The position numbers and the translations under genes are program-made. Shown in pieces: positions 37,548-50,493 of a stretch of 64,000 nt of DNA. Numbering within the stretch: position 1 is the first letter of the stretch; each line of letters starts with the position of its first letter. The stretch spans positions 27,466,001-27,530,000 of the forward strand of contig NC_059432.1 of NCBI RefSeq assembly GCF_021028975.2. Direction: 5' to 3'. The stretch comes from Sphaerodactylus townsendi (lineage: Eukaryota). The notes beneath the pieces are model-generated. The model was not told the DNA's origin. It did not search any database and was given only the letters and a program-made list of their open reading frames with translations.

Positions 37548-38579
37548 TGTGGGAATGGAATAGAATGCCTACAAACTGTATTTGATCAAGGAATATGGAT
37601 TTTGTATGAACCAAAGATTTCTAAGAATCAAAATGGGGTTTCTGTATAGAGACCAGCAGGACTGCATTTTAGCAGATGGTCAAACTGAACGCAGCAGTTA
37701 TGCAGGCAAGCAAAGATAAACATCTTTAAGATCTTGTCACTAAAGGTTAATACGTGACAGAAGACATATACTTTATAACTTTGTTTTCGGTTAGAACTAG
37801 CTATAGAGGATAGCTATTTGAATAAACAGAATCATAAAAGAGATCAGAGGTTAGAATAGAAATGAATGTGATTAGTTAAATGGAAAAAGTGTTTCTTTAT
37901 ATATATGTTAAATGAACACAGAAATGATAATGAGAGATTCATGTTTACTGGTATTTCACTATAATTCTATTGTATTAGAATCGAATGGTATAATTGTTAG
38001 AATCAATGTTTGTATAATCTGTTAAAGTTAAATCATTTCAAACTGGGGAAAGGGAAGTTTTATGATCTTAAAGAATGTAGGTAAATCAACGTGCATTCCC
38101 TGGAGAAATATCTCTCTTCAGGAGCAAACTTAGAAAAGCAGGAAAACAGGTTATTCTTGGAAACAAGAAAAGGCAGAAGTTAGTTTTATTGCAGCCGTTT
38201 GCATATGGGCAGAGGGACATGAGCAAACAGCATGCAGTGTTTGTGTAACAGAAGGAATCAGACACGTAGAATAGAGGCTGTCTTAATGTGACAAGGAGAC
38301 AGAATCATCCAATGGGATTTTAAGGTTCATGCTTATAGCACGTGAAAGGGGTATGGATTATGTACGTGGGTATGGGATGATTGTATGACGTATGTATTCT
38401 TTGTGTCTATAAAATTTTGTATGAAGTGGGTGTGCCTCTTACTTAAGAGGACACCCTGGTCAGATACTTATGCTGTCCAGTAAACTTATCTTCTGTTTCA
38501 AACCTGCTTTGGGTATTTTCTAACTTTGTCTTAAAATAATTCAGCTGTGTAGGACCAGAGACGCGGTCCTGGCCCCACA
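37548..38579 (+). mobile_element. Solo ERV-type LTR in SGPL1 intron 8
   Basis: TGTGGG...CCCACA ends; 4-bp TSD GTAT/GTTT; TATAAAA at ~38408; AGTAAA at ~38479. Confidence 0.65.
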
Positions 38580-38758
38580 GTTTTCAGAGTGTTATAAATC
38601 ATTTTTTTCTGAATGGCTTTTGAATCCATTTTCTTCATATGAAAGCTTAACAAAACAGAAACTGGATGGAAGAGATGACTGACACAGATAGGTTGCCCCA
38701 AACCAGGAATTCTGTTAGGAGAAACATGAACACTTAAAAAAGATAAAGAGGTACATAC

Positions 38759-38847
38759 ATTTCTGGGTACTTGATTCCTTTTGCATAAGCAATATCCCTG
38801 TAAGCTTTACATGCCATCAAAATGCTCTCGGTTCCACCACAAGTCAT
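38759..38847 (-). CDS. SGPL1: SGPL1 exon 8
   Basis: gaacag|[29 protein letters not shown]|gtatgt; 89 nt; GGTES PLP-binding motif. Confidence 0.96.
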
Positions 38848-39329
38848 CTGTTCGGAAGAAATTCAACACACATGTATACTTGCACCATCACATAACCAAA
38901 TAGCAGCACAGGATTATATAGCATTATATTGTGAACTGAATTTCAGACCTTAGTTTTAGTTTTAGAAGGAGCTTCAGTTTTACCAAAAAGGATTAAGATT
39001 TTTTTTACATTTTTTAAATCAGAAAATTTCATTTTCTTAAATACTAAAAATATTGAATTAAACATTTTAAAAATCTATTTCCCTTCAAGTTGCATAAAGC
39101 GTCTATTCAGTTTTTACATCATTATTTTGACAGTCATAGCACCCAATTCACATGCATTTTTACATAGGAAGTAGCTAAATAATAAATACAAATCATTGAT
39201 TTGTTGAGCATTTTCTTGGTGATTTAAACAGTGGTTGGCTACTTAAAAACTTCCGCCCCCAGAAAAGCGTTTTACAGTTTCTAGTGCCAAGGCCTTTCCA
39301 CCCAATTTTCTTCAAAACTTTCTAATATA

Positions 39330-39470
39330 AGCTCATTCCGCACATGCAGAATAATGCACTTTCAAACTGCTTTCAGTGCTCTTTGAAGCTGTGCGGAATA
39401 GCAAAATCCACTTGCAAACAGTTGTGAAAGTGGTTTGAAAACGTATTATTTTGCGCGTGCGGAAGGGGCC
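39330..39470. mobile_element. Harbinger-like MITE
   Basis: TIR GCTCATTCCGCACATGCAGAATAAT / ATTATTTTGCGCGTGCGGAAGGGGC. Confidence 0.7.
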
Positions 39471-40566
39471 AAAAGAAAAAGTAAACACAAGTTATCACAA
39501 CACCTTTTTCTAACCAGACAAGACTTAACTGCCTTGTGCTTCAGGAAACAAACCCATCATCACAAGGATATGTTCGAAAATATCACACCAAGGAGAGAAA
39601 GAGGTTTGCTTAGTCAGACAGGAAATGAAGTGAAGTAACACTTTTGCTGACATGGTGTTGTGAAGCCACATCATGGCTTCTTTTCAAAACATTCCAACTA
39701 CCTGTTGTGGCTTGTAAGGTGCAAAGCAGAAAAGGGCATAATCTTATAATAATTTGAGAACCCTGCTGAAGAGACCAGAAAAAATTAAACAGCAGAAAAG
39801 GTCCATGGGAATCTAAGCAAACATTTGTCCATTTAAACCCTTCGATCTTCTCCACCACGAAAATACTGAACAGTTTCTAGACACAATTGCTTCAGAACCA
39901 CCATGAATGATATTGCATCACCCGCTGAAACTTTGTTTGTCCACCTTCCAGCAGACACTGCAATATCTGCTTAGGACAGTATGAATCACGGTCACGGGAC
40001 ACTTCCTCTCGCCTTTGCATATGACTCAGCAACAGCTGACAACCTTTTCAGACATTCATCTTCACTGCCTTCAACTAACGACGACAGGAGACGTTCAGCC
40101 GACAACAAGCAAAAACTAGACAGACAGCATTCGTTTGGGAATCTTTGTGTTCTGTCACCTACAAAGAACAATCCAGTTCTTGATATTACAAAGTCTTTTT
40201 ATTCTGCTTTAAACAAAAAGCAATGTTCAAGGAAACCGACATATGCTATAGCATAAAACTTGCTTTATCATTCTGATTTTTCATACACAGCAGGTACAAG
40301 TCTGAATCTCTCCTTGAACTATGGTCAAATATTTTCAGAAATGGCTATTCAAAAAGTAATGAACACTTTACCATGTATTCCTGCCACTCTGACAACCACT
40401 ATGTCAGACTACACAGAGAAGCCATTGAAATCCACAAGCACATGGACAATTTCAACAGAAAGGGAAAAACCATGAAAATGAACAAAACTTGGCTACCAGT
40501 GTTGAAAAACACTAGAGTCATGACAGTGACTAATCAGCTCCACACAAACACAGGATGACTATAGAC

Positions 40567-41085
40567 CAGTGATGGCGAACCTATGGCAAGGGTGCCAGAA
40601 GTGGCACTCAGAGCCCTCTCTGTGGGCACACGCCAAACAGAGTTTTCCACTCTCCTCCCCACCCATCTAGGCTGGTCTGGGCCGCTGGGATCGATTATTA
40701 GCATTAAACCTAAGATCTAGTTTTGGGGAAGCAGTGTAGGTAACCCTGTTAAGCACTGTTAAACCCCACTGATTTTCATGCGAAAAACTAAAGCACGATC
40801 CTTTACCTGGGAGTAAGCTCGGTTGCTGTCAATGGGGCTTGCTTCTGAGTAAACTCTCCTAGGGTCGTGATTCACCCATTGGAAGAGTTGCACGGTTGCT
40901 TCAAAGCAAAGCCACTGACTATCACCAAGCTTACTCCCGAGTAACGCACGCCTTGGAGTCAACCGTTTTTTCTAAACTAAAACCTCAGTATTCAGGTGAA
41001 ATTGCCGTGTTGGCACTTTGCGATAAATAAGTGGGTTTTGGGTTGCAATTTGGGCAGTCAGTCTCTAAAAGGTTTGCCATCACTG
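40567..41085 (-). mobile_element. Second copy of the OposCharlie1-like element, inverted, nested in Penelope
   Basis: Reverse complement of 24312-24822; TSD CTATAGAC. Confidence 0.87.
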
Positions 41086-41311
41086 CTATAGACAGTAAAC
41101 AATCAAAGGGAACAAAGACCAGGCTACTTCTATTCAGATGCCCTCACCTGCTATCTTCATTGTTACTCACATGCTAATGGGTCGATCCCACGCAACACAT
41201 GTAAATCTAGCTTCCTAATTGCACCCTTTACTTGTTAACAGACAATGGTTCTTTCCCCCACCCTGGACACTCCACAGGTATATATACTCCACTTGCCTTC
41301 CTACTATCAGA

Positions 41312-41354
41312 TCCTCTGAAGATGCCAGCCTCAGATGCAGGCGAAACGTCAGGA
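41312..41354 (+). ncRNA. Minimal type-I hammerhead ribozyme of a Penelope-like element
   Basis: TCCT-CTGAAGA-T-GCC(loop)GGC-GAAA-CG-TC-AGGA; all core nucleotides present, stems I and II pair. Confidence 0.75.
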
Positions 41355-41744
41355 GAGAATGCTGCTAGAACACGGCCATACAGCCCGGAAACCACACAGC
41401 ACCCCAGTGATTCCGGCCGTGAAAGCCTTCGACAATACATATGTACAAATAGTTCAATTTCTGTCACAATAACAAACAGAACTGTAATTTTAAAAAACAC
41501 CATGCTGTCTAAGACTTAAAAAATGTATATGCTACCTTTCCACAGACTTGCTGGGGTCAGCTTACAATTAAACAATAAAGCAAAACCAACACTTAAGAAT
41601 CTCATGGTAATCCAGTGCACTAAAGTCATTACCTATGACAGTAACAAATGCCCTCATTAGTACTGTGGAAATGCCAAAGATATGCTAGCTCCCAGCTCTT
41701 GACCAGGTACAATTAATATCTGCACAGACTGTCTGGATCCTGGA

Positions 41745-42200
41745 TCCCTTCCATTCTATGGAGTCACAGGTCACAAAGGCAGCCAGAGTGGAATTCTCCC
41801 ACCTATACCAGGCTAGGCTACTGGGAACCTCCTTGTATCGCACTGACCTAGCTGCAGTGATCCATGCAACCATCTCCTCTCGAACAGCCTACTGCAACTT
41901 GCTGTATGCAGGGCTACCCTTGAGACTGCTCCAGAAGTTATAACTTGTTCAGAATGCAGCTGTACAGGTCCATATGGGGACATTATGGAGAACATGTATC
42001 TCACTGGTGCTCTGTCAGCTGCACTGGCTTCCAGTGGAATACTGGATCAGGTTCAAGAATCTGATATTCAAAGCCCTAATTGAACTGGGGCCTTCCTACC
42101 TGTGGGACCACCTCTCTGCAAGTAACAACCTACTGGTAGTCCCTGGCCTGAAAAATGTCTGGCTGTCTTCAACTAGATGGAATGCTCTTTCAATTCCACA
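41745..42200 (+). mobile_element. L2 LINE ORF2 C-terminal fragment
   Basis: YCNLLYAGLPLRLLQKL..VQNAA and LCQLHWLPVEYWIRFK. Confidence 0.85.
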
Positions 42201-44508
42201 GGCCCTGTAGGACAGAGATGATCCACCAGGCCTAGGAACGGGTTCCCACTTGACTAGCCTCCCTTTCCTTGCCTATGGACATTGATTTTGTCCTTCTACG
42301 TTTCTTATTCCTTCCGGCTTGCTCCAAGGTCACCCAGTGAGCATCCACAGCATTCCCAGATCCAAGTCTGAAACTACACCACATGGGCTTTTGTGTGGAG
42401 ACTGCTGTTGAATTGTAGCTATCTATCAGGCCTGATGAGTCAGGCAGGTAGCATGGCTGAAAGTTGTCCAGTAGTAGCTGCCAGACCTGGACCCAATAAG
42501 TCATCCCTCAAAGGCTGAACTGCCCTGGAAAGAGCCCTGACACTTCCCCTTCTTTTTTACTAACCGAAACCAAGGCTGGAAGGCTGACAATACTGAGGAT
42601 ATTTTTCCTGAAAGCTACTGACTCATGAGAAGGCAGCAGCTGGGAGAAGGAGCTGAAAGTTGTATATGCTCACATACATGCAAACTGTGTGTGTTTGTTG
42701 GGGGAAAGGTTGCATAAGCATTCTGAACACATGCAAATGTCTGACTCTGATGAGCTGCAGCCCTCAAACTGTACTGGTGGGTGATCAAGCATTCCTGCTT
42801 AGCTAGGCTTTGAAAGCGAGTGTCCCGCAGTGTTCTTGTGGAAGACAGCAGGGAGAGGTCAAAATCCTAGCGTGCCCCTCACTTTCCCATAAGCCCCTCC
42901 CAACAGGAGCCTTACAAGTACTTTTCACTTAGGCCAAATAGACCCTTGCAGCAGACTCAATGAATCCAACCCTTTGTTTTTTTTCCCTTCCCTTTCTAGA
43001 GCGAATGGGAAAACTAGTATGTCTCATTCTTCTGTATACTTCAGAGATCCACTGAGTCTCAAAATGAACACAGAGAGTGAGCCAACAAAATAGGTATGCA
43101 GCTATCTGACAAGATGTTGTTTCCTTTCATTTTAAATATTACCACAAACATGTTTCCTAAATAGGAAGTAATGACTAGAAGATGCCTATTCAGTGGGTTT
43201 GAATGACGGGTTGGTAGCTAGCTAAATGAATGTGGGACGTGTGTCATGTGCTTGAGAGAGGACAAGAGATGGAAAAAAAACTTAAAGGCTTTCTGCAACC
43301 GTTTGACAGAACTTTTGTTGAAACTGATACTGGTTTAAATAATACACCACCCCATGGGTGGAAGTCATTAGCATGTGATGTAAACTTGCTACAGAGCAAA
43401 GCCACATGGCTTGAAACATTTCTGGAGCAACACTGAACTAATTACAAGTATTATGGATGCCAGGTTACTCCAGCAATGTCTACAAACGGAGAGTCTGAAT
43501 TATATGTTTTCACATTTTCATTCATCAGTCATGGGTACAGCCTCATAAGCCAAGTAGGGTAAGAATGGCCTTAAAGAACACCAAAGCTAAGAACAGACCA
43601 GATTGTTCAAAAAAAGAAACAAGGCAGTTGAGTCCCCAGCTGAGTAGTATGATATGCAAGGGAGTAGGACACTGAGAACTTCAAATCACACATTTTAGTT
43701 ACAAGAAATATCTAGCAAGAAGAAGGAAGATAACAGTACTGAGGAAGAGATGATAGTATGAAATCGATCAATTTCTGTAACAGGGCAGAAAGATCTAGGC
43801 AGCCAATTGTTTGTTTGTTTGTTTGTTTGCTTGAATGCTTGCTTGCTTGCAACCCAATAGAATGATTCAACATGTCCAAAGTGAAAAAATACAGACTGCA
43901 TAGTTCAGTCTAGATTTATTCCAACCTACAGATAAATAGCTTATAGACTTTTCTGAAAGCCACATTTCAGTGAAGTCAGTGAAACGGCAGCTCTGAAGGT
44001 ACAGCACCTAAGAGAATAAGCTAATCCATCCCCAGGTAAACTTTGAACATTTGGGAGGAAATACAATATTAGTGTCATTAATTTAAAAATGTGTTACTAG
44101 CCAGAGGGAAGAAAAACCTAACAAGGCAATTCTTTTGCATTCTTGGCAATTTTTTGTTACCGGACCTCCACAACCCTTGATATTCTATTTAGCTAAAAAC
44201 TGCAAGCATCATTTAAGATGGCCATTTACAAGCAACATCACTCAACACACAGCACAGCCGCTGCCTTTATAAAAGTCAACTAGTTCAGCAGTTCTCAAGC
44301 AGGAAAAGCAAGCAAGATACTCCGGCATAACGACAGCTCATTAGTCACCTGGTTACACTGGAGGCCTTAAAAATTACCAGAAGTGATAAATGACTTCACA
44401 ATTTGTTTACATACAGAATCTGCATTCTGCCCTTCCACTTACACATACAAACACACATACGCCATGCAGTCAGTTTGCTGGCAAAGCATTACTTGGCAAG
44501 GTAACAAT

Positions 44509-44775
44509 AGAGCCAGCGTGGTGTAGTGGTTAAGAGCCAGTGCTCTTAATCTGGAGAACCGGGTTTGATTCCCTGCTCTGTCACTAGAGCTGCGGAAGCT
44601 TATCTGATGAACCAGATTAGCTTGGCACTCCAACACATGCCAGCTGGGTGACCTTGGGCTAGTCACAGCTTTTCGGAGCTCTCTCAGCCCCACCTGCCAG
44701 GGAAAGGAGATTGTAAGCCCCTTTGAGCCTCCTTGCAGGAGAGAAAGGAGGGATATAAATCCAAACTATTCTTCT
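44509..44775 (+). mobile_element. Squam3-type SINE
   Basis: AGAGCCAGCGTGGTGTAGTGGTTAAGAG...GGGTTTGATTCC...GGATATAAATCCAAAC. Confidence 0.82.
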
Positions 44776-45025
44776 ATTTCTACAAAGGCAGTGACAACAG
44801 CCCAGCAACCACAGCACACTGTAAACCCATTTGAACCATCAGTCACAATGGAGAGATTCAGATTCAACTGATGAAAAAGTATCCCAAGGATGTTTTGCAA
44901 GAAAGACACTAAAAGTTGCCTGCATAGGATTCTGAATGTTGAGAGGAAAATATCATCAATGCAACTAGCTAAGAAATAAAGAAGCAAAAATATGCTGGGA
45001 AAGCTCGAGAGATCGGCTTACTTAC

Positions 45026-45154
45026 CGAGCCGCCGGAATTGGGTCCGCCATGGAAGAGTGTTAAAGCCATTCTGATGACTTCTGCTTCCATTTTTCGCAA
45101 GCCTGGGAACACATCTGGATGAAGGGGGTTAGACCACGCAAATTCCTCATAAAC
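45026..45154 (-). CDS. SGPL1: SGPL1 exon 7
   Basis: ttgaag|[43 protein letters not shown]|gtaagt; 129 nt; NPLHPD motif. Confidence 0.96.
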
Positions 45155-46462
45155 CTTCAAGAAGAAAAATAAGCGAATTACCGTTGGGTTGTAATCACCC
45201 TAGAAATGCTAATAAAATCACTCTACACGAACATCTTCAATGCAGGGGCATACTGCCTATGTGGGTAACCTATGTCCCTGGGCACACATAGACCTGGACG
45301 CCAGCATCAGCTCCAAGCAGTAGACCTGTATGCTGGCTCGAGCTCCAGGCAGTAGACCTGGATGCCGTGTGGGCTCCAGGTGGTAGACCTGGGCTCTGGG
45401 CAATAGACCTCGGTGACTGAGGGGGGGCAGGGTCAGAAAATTCAGATTTTGTCTCCAGATGCGCCTCTGCTTCAACGAGCAACAATAGTCTGAACTATCC
45501 ACACTTTTTTATTACAGAAGAAATTTGTTAGCCTTTCCCTCAACAAAGGAGCACTTAATTTGTTGAAATCTGATGAGATATCCCAGAGTTCTTTTCTATG
45601 AAGTTTTCCTACAAGGCTTCCCAAATCCTGACAACACCATTCATACAATGAATGCTATATTATATGCCATTAAAGGTTTCATCATCATTATCAATGAATG
45701 CTATAACATGAAGTGTCACTTCTTCCAGTGAACCTTTTTTGTTTTACATGAAGCCTACGCGTATCTAAAACTGGCTTGTTGGTGGTCTTGTGCTTCCCCA
45801 CTCCCTTGCTCTCTTTGCATGCAGGAAGGAATGCGGGTTAAAAACTAACTCCGGCTACCTATGAGGTAGCAGCTCTATACCTGGTCTCACAGAAAGGCAG
45901 ACCCTCAATGCTGAATTAATCCGTAGCCACCTCACGGACCCTCTTTGTATCGAAGATGGTAGATAAATGGCTAAGATGGTAGCCAGGGGACCAGGAAAAA
46001 ATGATAAAATTGCAACGTTTGAGTTTTGAAAAACTGATGGGTGGAAAAGAATCACTGAGTGACTCCAAGCAGAATGAAGTTAAAACCACTGTGACAGCCA
46101 AAAGGATTCCAGAGATACAGGCATTTTTACCTGCAGTGGCCATTTTGGAAAAAAAGGGGGGGTCTGAATTTAAAAAAAAAACTGATTAGCGGGAAAAATC
46201 CTCAAGGGTCACTGAGCAGAATGCCTTTTAAACTGCTGTGACAGTCCAAGGGCTTCCAGAGATACAGGCGGTTTTATCCGTTGCGGCCATTTTAATCTTG
46301 GGACTTTTCTTCTACAGTGGAAGCATAATACTTTCACTTCTCCAGAGCAACACAAAACCCCATTTTTATCTTTTGGTGGGACAGAGGATAGTACCATGAC
46401 TTAACTAAAATTACACACACACACCCTTCATACATCCATACATAGCGAGTATAACCCTAGGT

Positions 46463-46583
46463 CAGTGGTGGCGAACCTTTGACACTCCAGATGTTATGGA
46501 CTACAATTCCATCAGCCCTTGCCAGCATGGCCAATTGGCCAATAGTCCATAACATCTGGAGTTCCAAAGGTTCGCCACCACGA
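46463..46583. mobile_element. Palindromic hAT MITE, internally deleted
   Basis: Same TIRs as 25641; TSD CCCTAGGT. Confidence 0.85.
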
Positions 46584-47167
46584 CCCTAGGTAAACCTTGG
46601 TTTAGAATCACATTTTGGGGGAGGAAAGCTAATTCCAGTTAAGTGGTGCACCCGCATTTATATGTCACACACACAAACAGCATGAGAAAGAAAGAGGGAG
46701 GAACACACAAGAGGCTGTCAACAAATCAGATTCATGCACAGTCGGGCTGAAGGCTGGCCTAACAGGATCTGGGTGCAGACCGACTTTAAAATGAGTTGTT
46801 CTCACTGGCTGGCAGTAAATGAGGGATAAGAAAGTTAACATGGTACACACACCCAACTGACATCTGTGTGATACATTTTAGGACAAAGAACTAATTGTTT
46901 TTCTGATCTACACCAATTTTCAGATTTTGTTCACTGCTGGAACACATGGAGCTTTACAAAACAGGTGTAACAAGGGCCTATGTAAAGAATACATGCAAAC
47001 CCCATTTTTTAAATAGAAAGAAAAGAGCCACATCATGAGAGAGCAATTTAAAACAGCCATGTAGCAAATTTTTACGTACACATTTCACCCTTTTCCTGCT
47101 TACTGCTTCCTCATTGCAACTTACCATTCTAAATTTTGGCTAGGTATCCTACCATAGGTGGGTGGAA

Positions 47168-47560
47168 CAGGGGTGTACAGCCCACAGGGACAGGGGATGA
47201 CCCTGGGCGCAACGGCGGGGGTCACAAATCACCCCACCCCGCTCCTTCCCCATGCCAACCCGGCTCAGAAGAGCTAGGTCGGTGCGGGAAAGGCACCTTA
47301 AGACAGAGCTGGCTTGCTGCCGCGGCGCCCATCCAAGCCACCTCCTTCCCTCCCCATGCCCTGGGGAGGGCAGGAGGTGGTCTGCAGGGAGGCAGGGGAG
47401 GGCCTGGGGATGGCTTGGATGGGCACCATGGCAGCAGGCCAGCCCAGGAGCCGGCCTGCCTCTGCGGTGCCCATCCAAGCTGCCCCCAACCCCGAGCGCG
47501 CGGGGGGGCACCCGGAGCAGGTTTTGTCCCCGTGAGCCATTTCCCCCCGATACGCCTCTG
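47168..47560. mobile_element. GC-rich hAT element
   Basis: TIR CAGGGGTGTA/TACGCCTCTG; TSD GGGTGGAA. Confidence 0.85.
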
Positions 47561-50352
47561 GGGTGGAACATCCTCCCACCTAAAGAGTCTTCCCCCAGCC
47601 TATGTGGCTCTTCCATTGAACAAAGACTCATCAGGCTGGAGAAAGACTTCAAACTCTACTCACTCCACTGGCAGGTTTTTCCTGAGGAGGCAGATAAGCA
47701 AGGTTGGCTACAGTCAGAACTTAAAGGCCATCAAGGAAGACTGGAGTTGCTACACAGAGGAAGGCAATGGCAACCATCTTTGTTCATCTCTTGTCTTGAA
47801 CATCGCACGGTTAAGGTCACCATAAGTAACCTGCAACTAGACAGCACATTCTTCTTCTCCAAGCACATGTTTACAAGTGTAAACGTGGCGTAGAGTCCCG
47901 GTTGAGGTGGGAGGTGGGCTGTTGAGACCCCATGGAACACATTCTAAATTCTACTCTCCTGAAGCAGCCTTTTTTTAAAAAGTCAACACTTTGCTATATA
48001 TGTATATAGCACAGTATATAGTTGAATCCTGATGTAATCATCTTTTATGCATCCTTTGGATCCTTCCTTAACAATTACTCAAAACATATGGCAACCTCAA
48101 TTTTCTTTTCCAGATCTAGTAGTCCATGGTATCCAAAGCCCAAGGTATCTCAATTTCCTAGACCACACTGGGGTCTAGGAATGCATTTGGAGTATAAATT
48201 CCAAATAAGTGTAAAACTATGCAAAAACAACCTCCTTCCATCAAACATTCACATATGATCCTAAACAAAGGGGAAGAAGGTTGTTCTGGGAAGATAGAAA
48301 GAAAAAGTCTTCACTAAAAGAGTGCTGAAGACTAAATTTAAGTAAATGTGAGAAAAAGGAAAAAGTGTGCATTTTGCACCTAAAATAACTCAACATGTCA
48401 ATACTTCACTTTATATGGATGCAGCCGTTAACATAAGGAGACTGAACCATCCAGTAGTGGTACTTTAATCATTCCTCCAGATGGCCATAGAGAAGGGGAA
48501 AATGCACATATAAGGTTTCTTATTCAACATCAGCTTGCATTACAAACTCAGGTATCAGCACTGTATAATTCTATGCTTAGATGTTAAACAAGAATCTTAA
48601 ATATATGTTCACTTTTTTCTTTTACACTGAAATAGAGTAACTATCACATACACCAGTTTTTTTTAAAAACGGACTGAATCTGAATTCTGTTTCAAGGGTG
48701 GGATATTTGACGGAGTAAGTGTGCTCTCACAAGAAGACCCAAGCATGTTTTCTATGTACTTGAGAGAGAACCTGGAATGAAGTTTACGTACACATACATC
48801 TTGCAAATTCAATTTCATTTGGGAAACACGGTGCAAGAACACAGAAGTGGTTCAGACAGGCACTGCAAATGTGGGTGGGAAGAGAACTACAACGGAATAA
48901 CCCAAAAATATGAAACAAAAAAAACCCCTCTGCTGCTTGTGATGAGAGAAAAGAAAGTATATGGAGATGAGGGAAGGCTGGTGAAGACATACCCTAAACA
49001 AACAATAGCCATATGCCAGCTCACCAGCTTCTCAATAAAAGGCCTTTTCTCCATAGTTCTTAAGAGGATTTTATTGGAGGGCAGTTATGCCATATTTTGA
49101 GACAGGACAGGGGAAATCCCAGGCACCTAGAAACAAGAAATATTTTACCAACTTTGCTAGATCCCTAGTAAGAACATCCATCCTTACTCACACAAACCAT
49201 CAGTTTCTGTTTCATTGCACTTGGCCAAGCAGGTGCATAGTGTTACTTTCTCCCAGCATGCTTTTGAGAACCAGAATTGGGGGCGCTCCATGGTGAAACA
49301 TATTGCCTGTGTAATGGGAAACACTTGGGCAGTGCTTTAAAGAATGCAGATAGGCTCTTGAATTCAGACACTCTAGGAAGTGAAAAGAAGCACGTCGTGT
49401 CTCGCAATCAAAACACAGATGCGCCCCCCATCTATTTCAATTTAGAGGGGCGTCGCAAGAATCAGGAAAGATGCAGAACTATAGTACAGACACATTCTCT
49501 TCCAGCCTCACATTCTCTTGCTCAGTTTACAATATGCAAATTCTTAGAAGAAATCATAAACCTTGTTAAAAACACAGACAGTGAATAAACTGACTCCAAG
49601 AGAAAAAGGAAGACCAAGGCAGCATTAGGGCAAACTGCAAAGGAGCACTGAAAAAAGGAGGAAATGATGCTGGCATGAAATTCAGTTCCCTGAGAATCTC
49701 AATAATTACTATGCAAAGATGCCTACCTCTTAAGACTACAAAGATGCTCCTGAAGGTAGATAATGCCTGCTAGAACCTCAGAAGGCAAAAGAATTATTGA
49801 ATGAAGTTGCCAGTGGCTGCAGACAGATTATCAATGCACAGGGATTGAATAACTCTGTCTTCCTCCCAGTCACAATCAGCGCAAATAAAAGAAGACTCAC
49901 AAAACAGTAACTATTGCCAGATTATGATGCCCTCACATGTTTTTACTTGGGGGGCGGGGGGGAACAAAACCAAATATATACACTAACAGGTCAAAAATAC
50001 ACTCTTGTGGCATAACCTTGCCACTAGAACTGCTACTAGAACTACATAAATTACGGAAGTTCTTTCCATTCTCAGTTCCCCTTTAGTAACGAAACACAAC
50101 CATGTGGTTTTAATTTTAGAGGTAGGCTGTGGAAAGCACCACCAGGCAAAAGATCTTCACCGCCCAGAGTCTCCATGTCAGGGTGAAAAGCTGTATAGAG
50201 GAGGTTTTAAGCACTTATTCAGCCAGACACAATGAGAATACAGGGTGCTCAGTTCCCACATTTCTAGTGCTAGCATTATACCGAGAAGGAGATGCACTAG
50301 TCTAGCAGGGACTGGTGCACATTTGAAAGGAATTGCACCAGAAGGTCTATTG

Positions 50353-50493
50353 CATGGGTGTCCAACTCTGGCGCTTCAAATGTTTGAGGACAATTCCCAT
50401 CAGTCCCTGCGGGAATAGTCACTTGGCCATGCCCGCAGGGTCTAATGGGAATTTTAGTCCATGAACATGAAGCACCAGAGTTGGACACCTCTG
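50353..50493. mobile_element. Palindromic hAT MITE, older copy
   Basis: TIR ...GGTGTCCAACTCTGG; TSD GTCTATTG. Confidence 0.8.

Larger units (their letters stand above)
40330..41439 (+). mobile_element. Penelope-like retroelement 3' remnant (GIY-YIG C-terminus plus pLTR), split by a hAT element
   Basis: ORF 40373-40558 reads RLHREAIEIHKHMDNFNR...W, typical of the end of a PLE endonuclease; hammerhead lies downstream. Confidence 0.75.

Noticed and set aside
47136-47893. 229-aa and 213-aa ORFs
   Set aside because: They run through a GC-rich hAT element and a SINE; open on both strands, no domain
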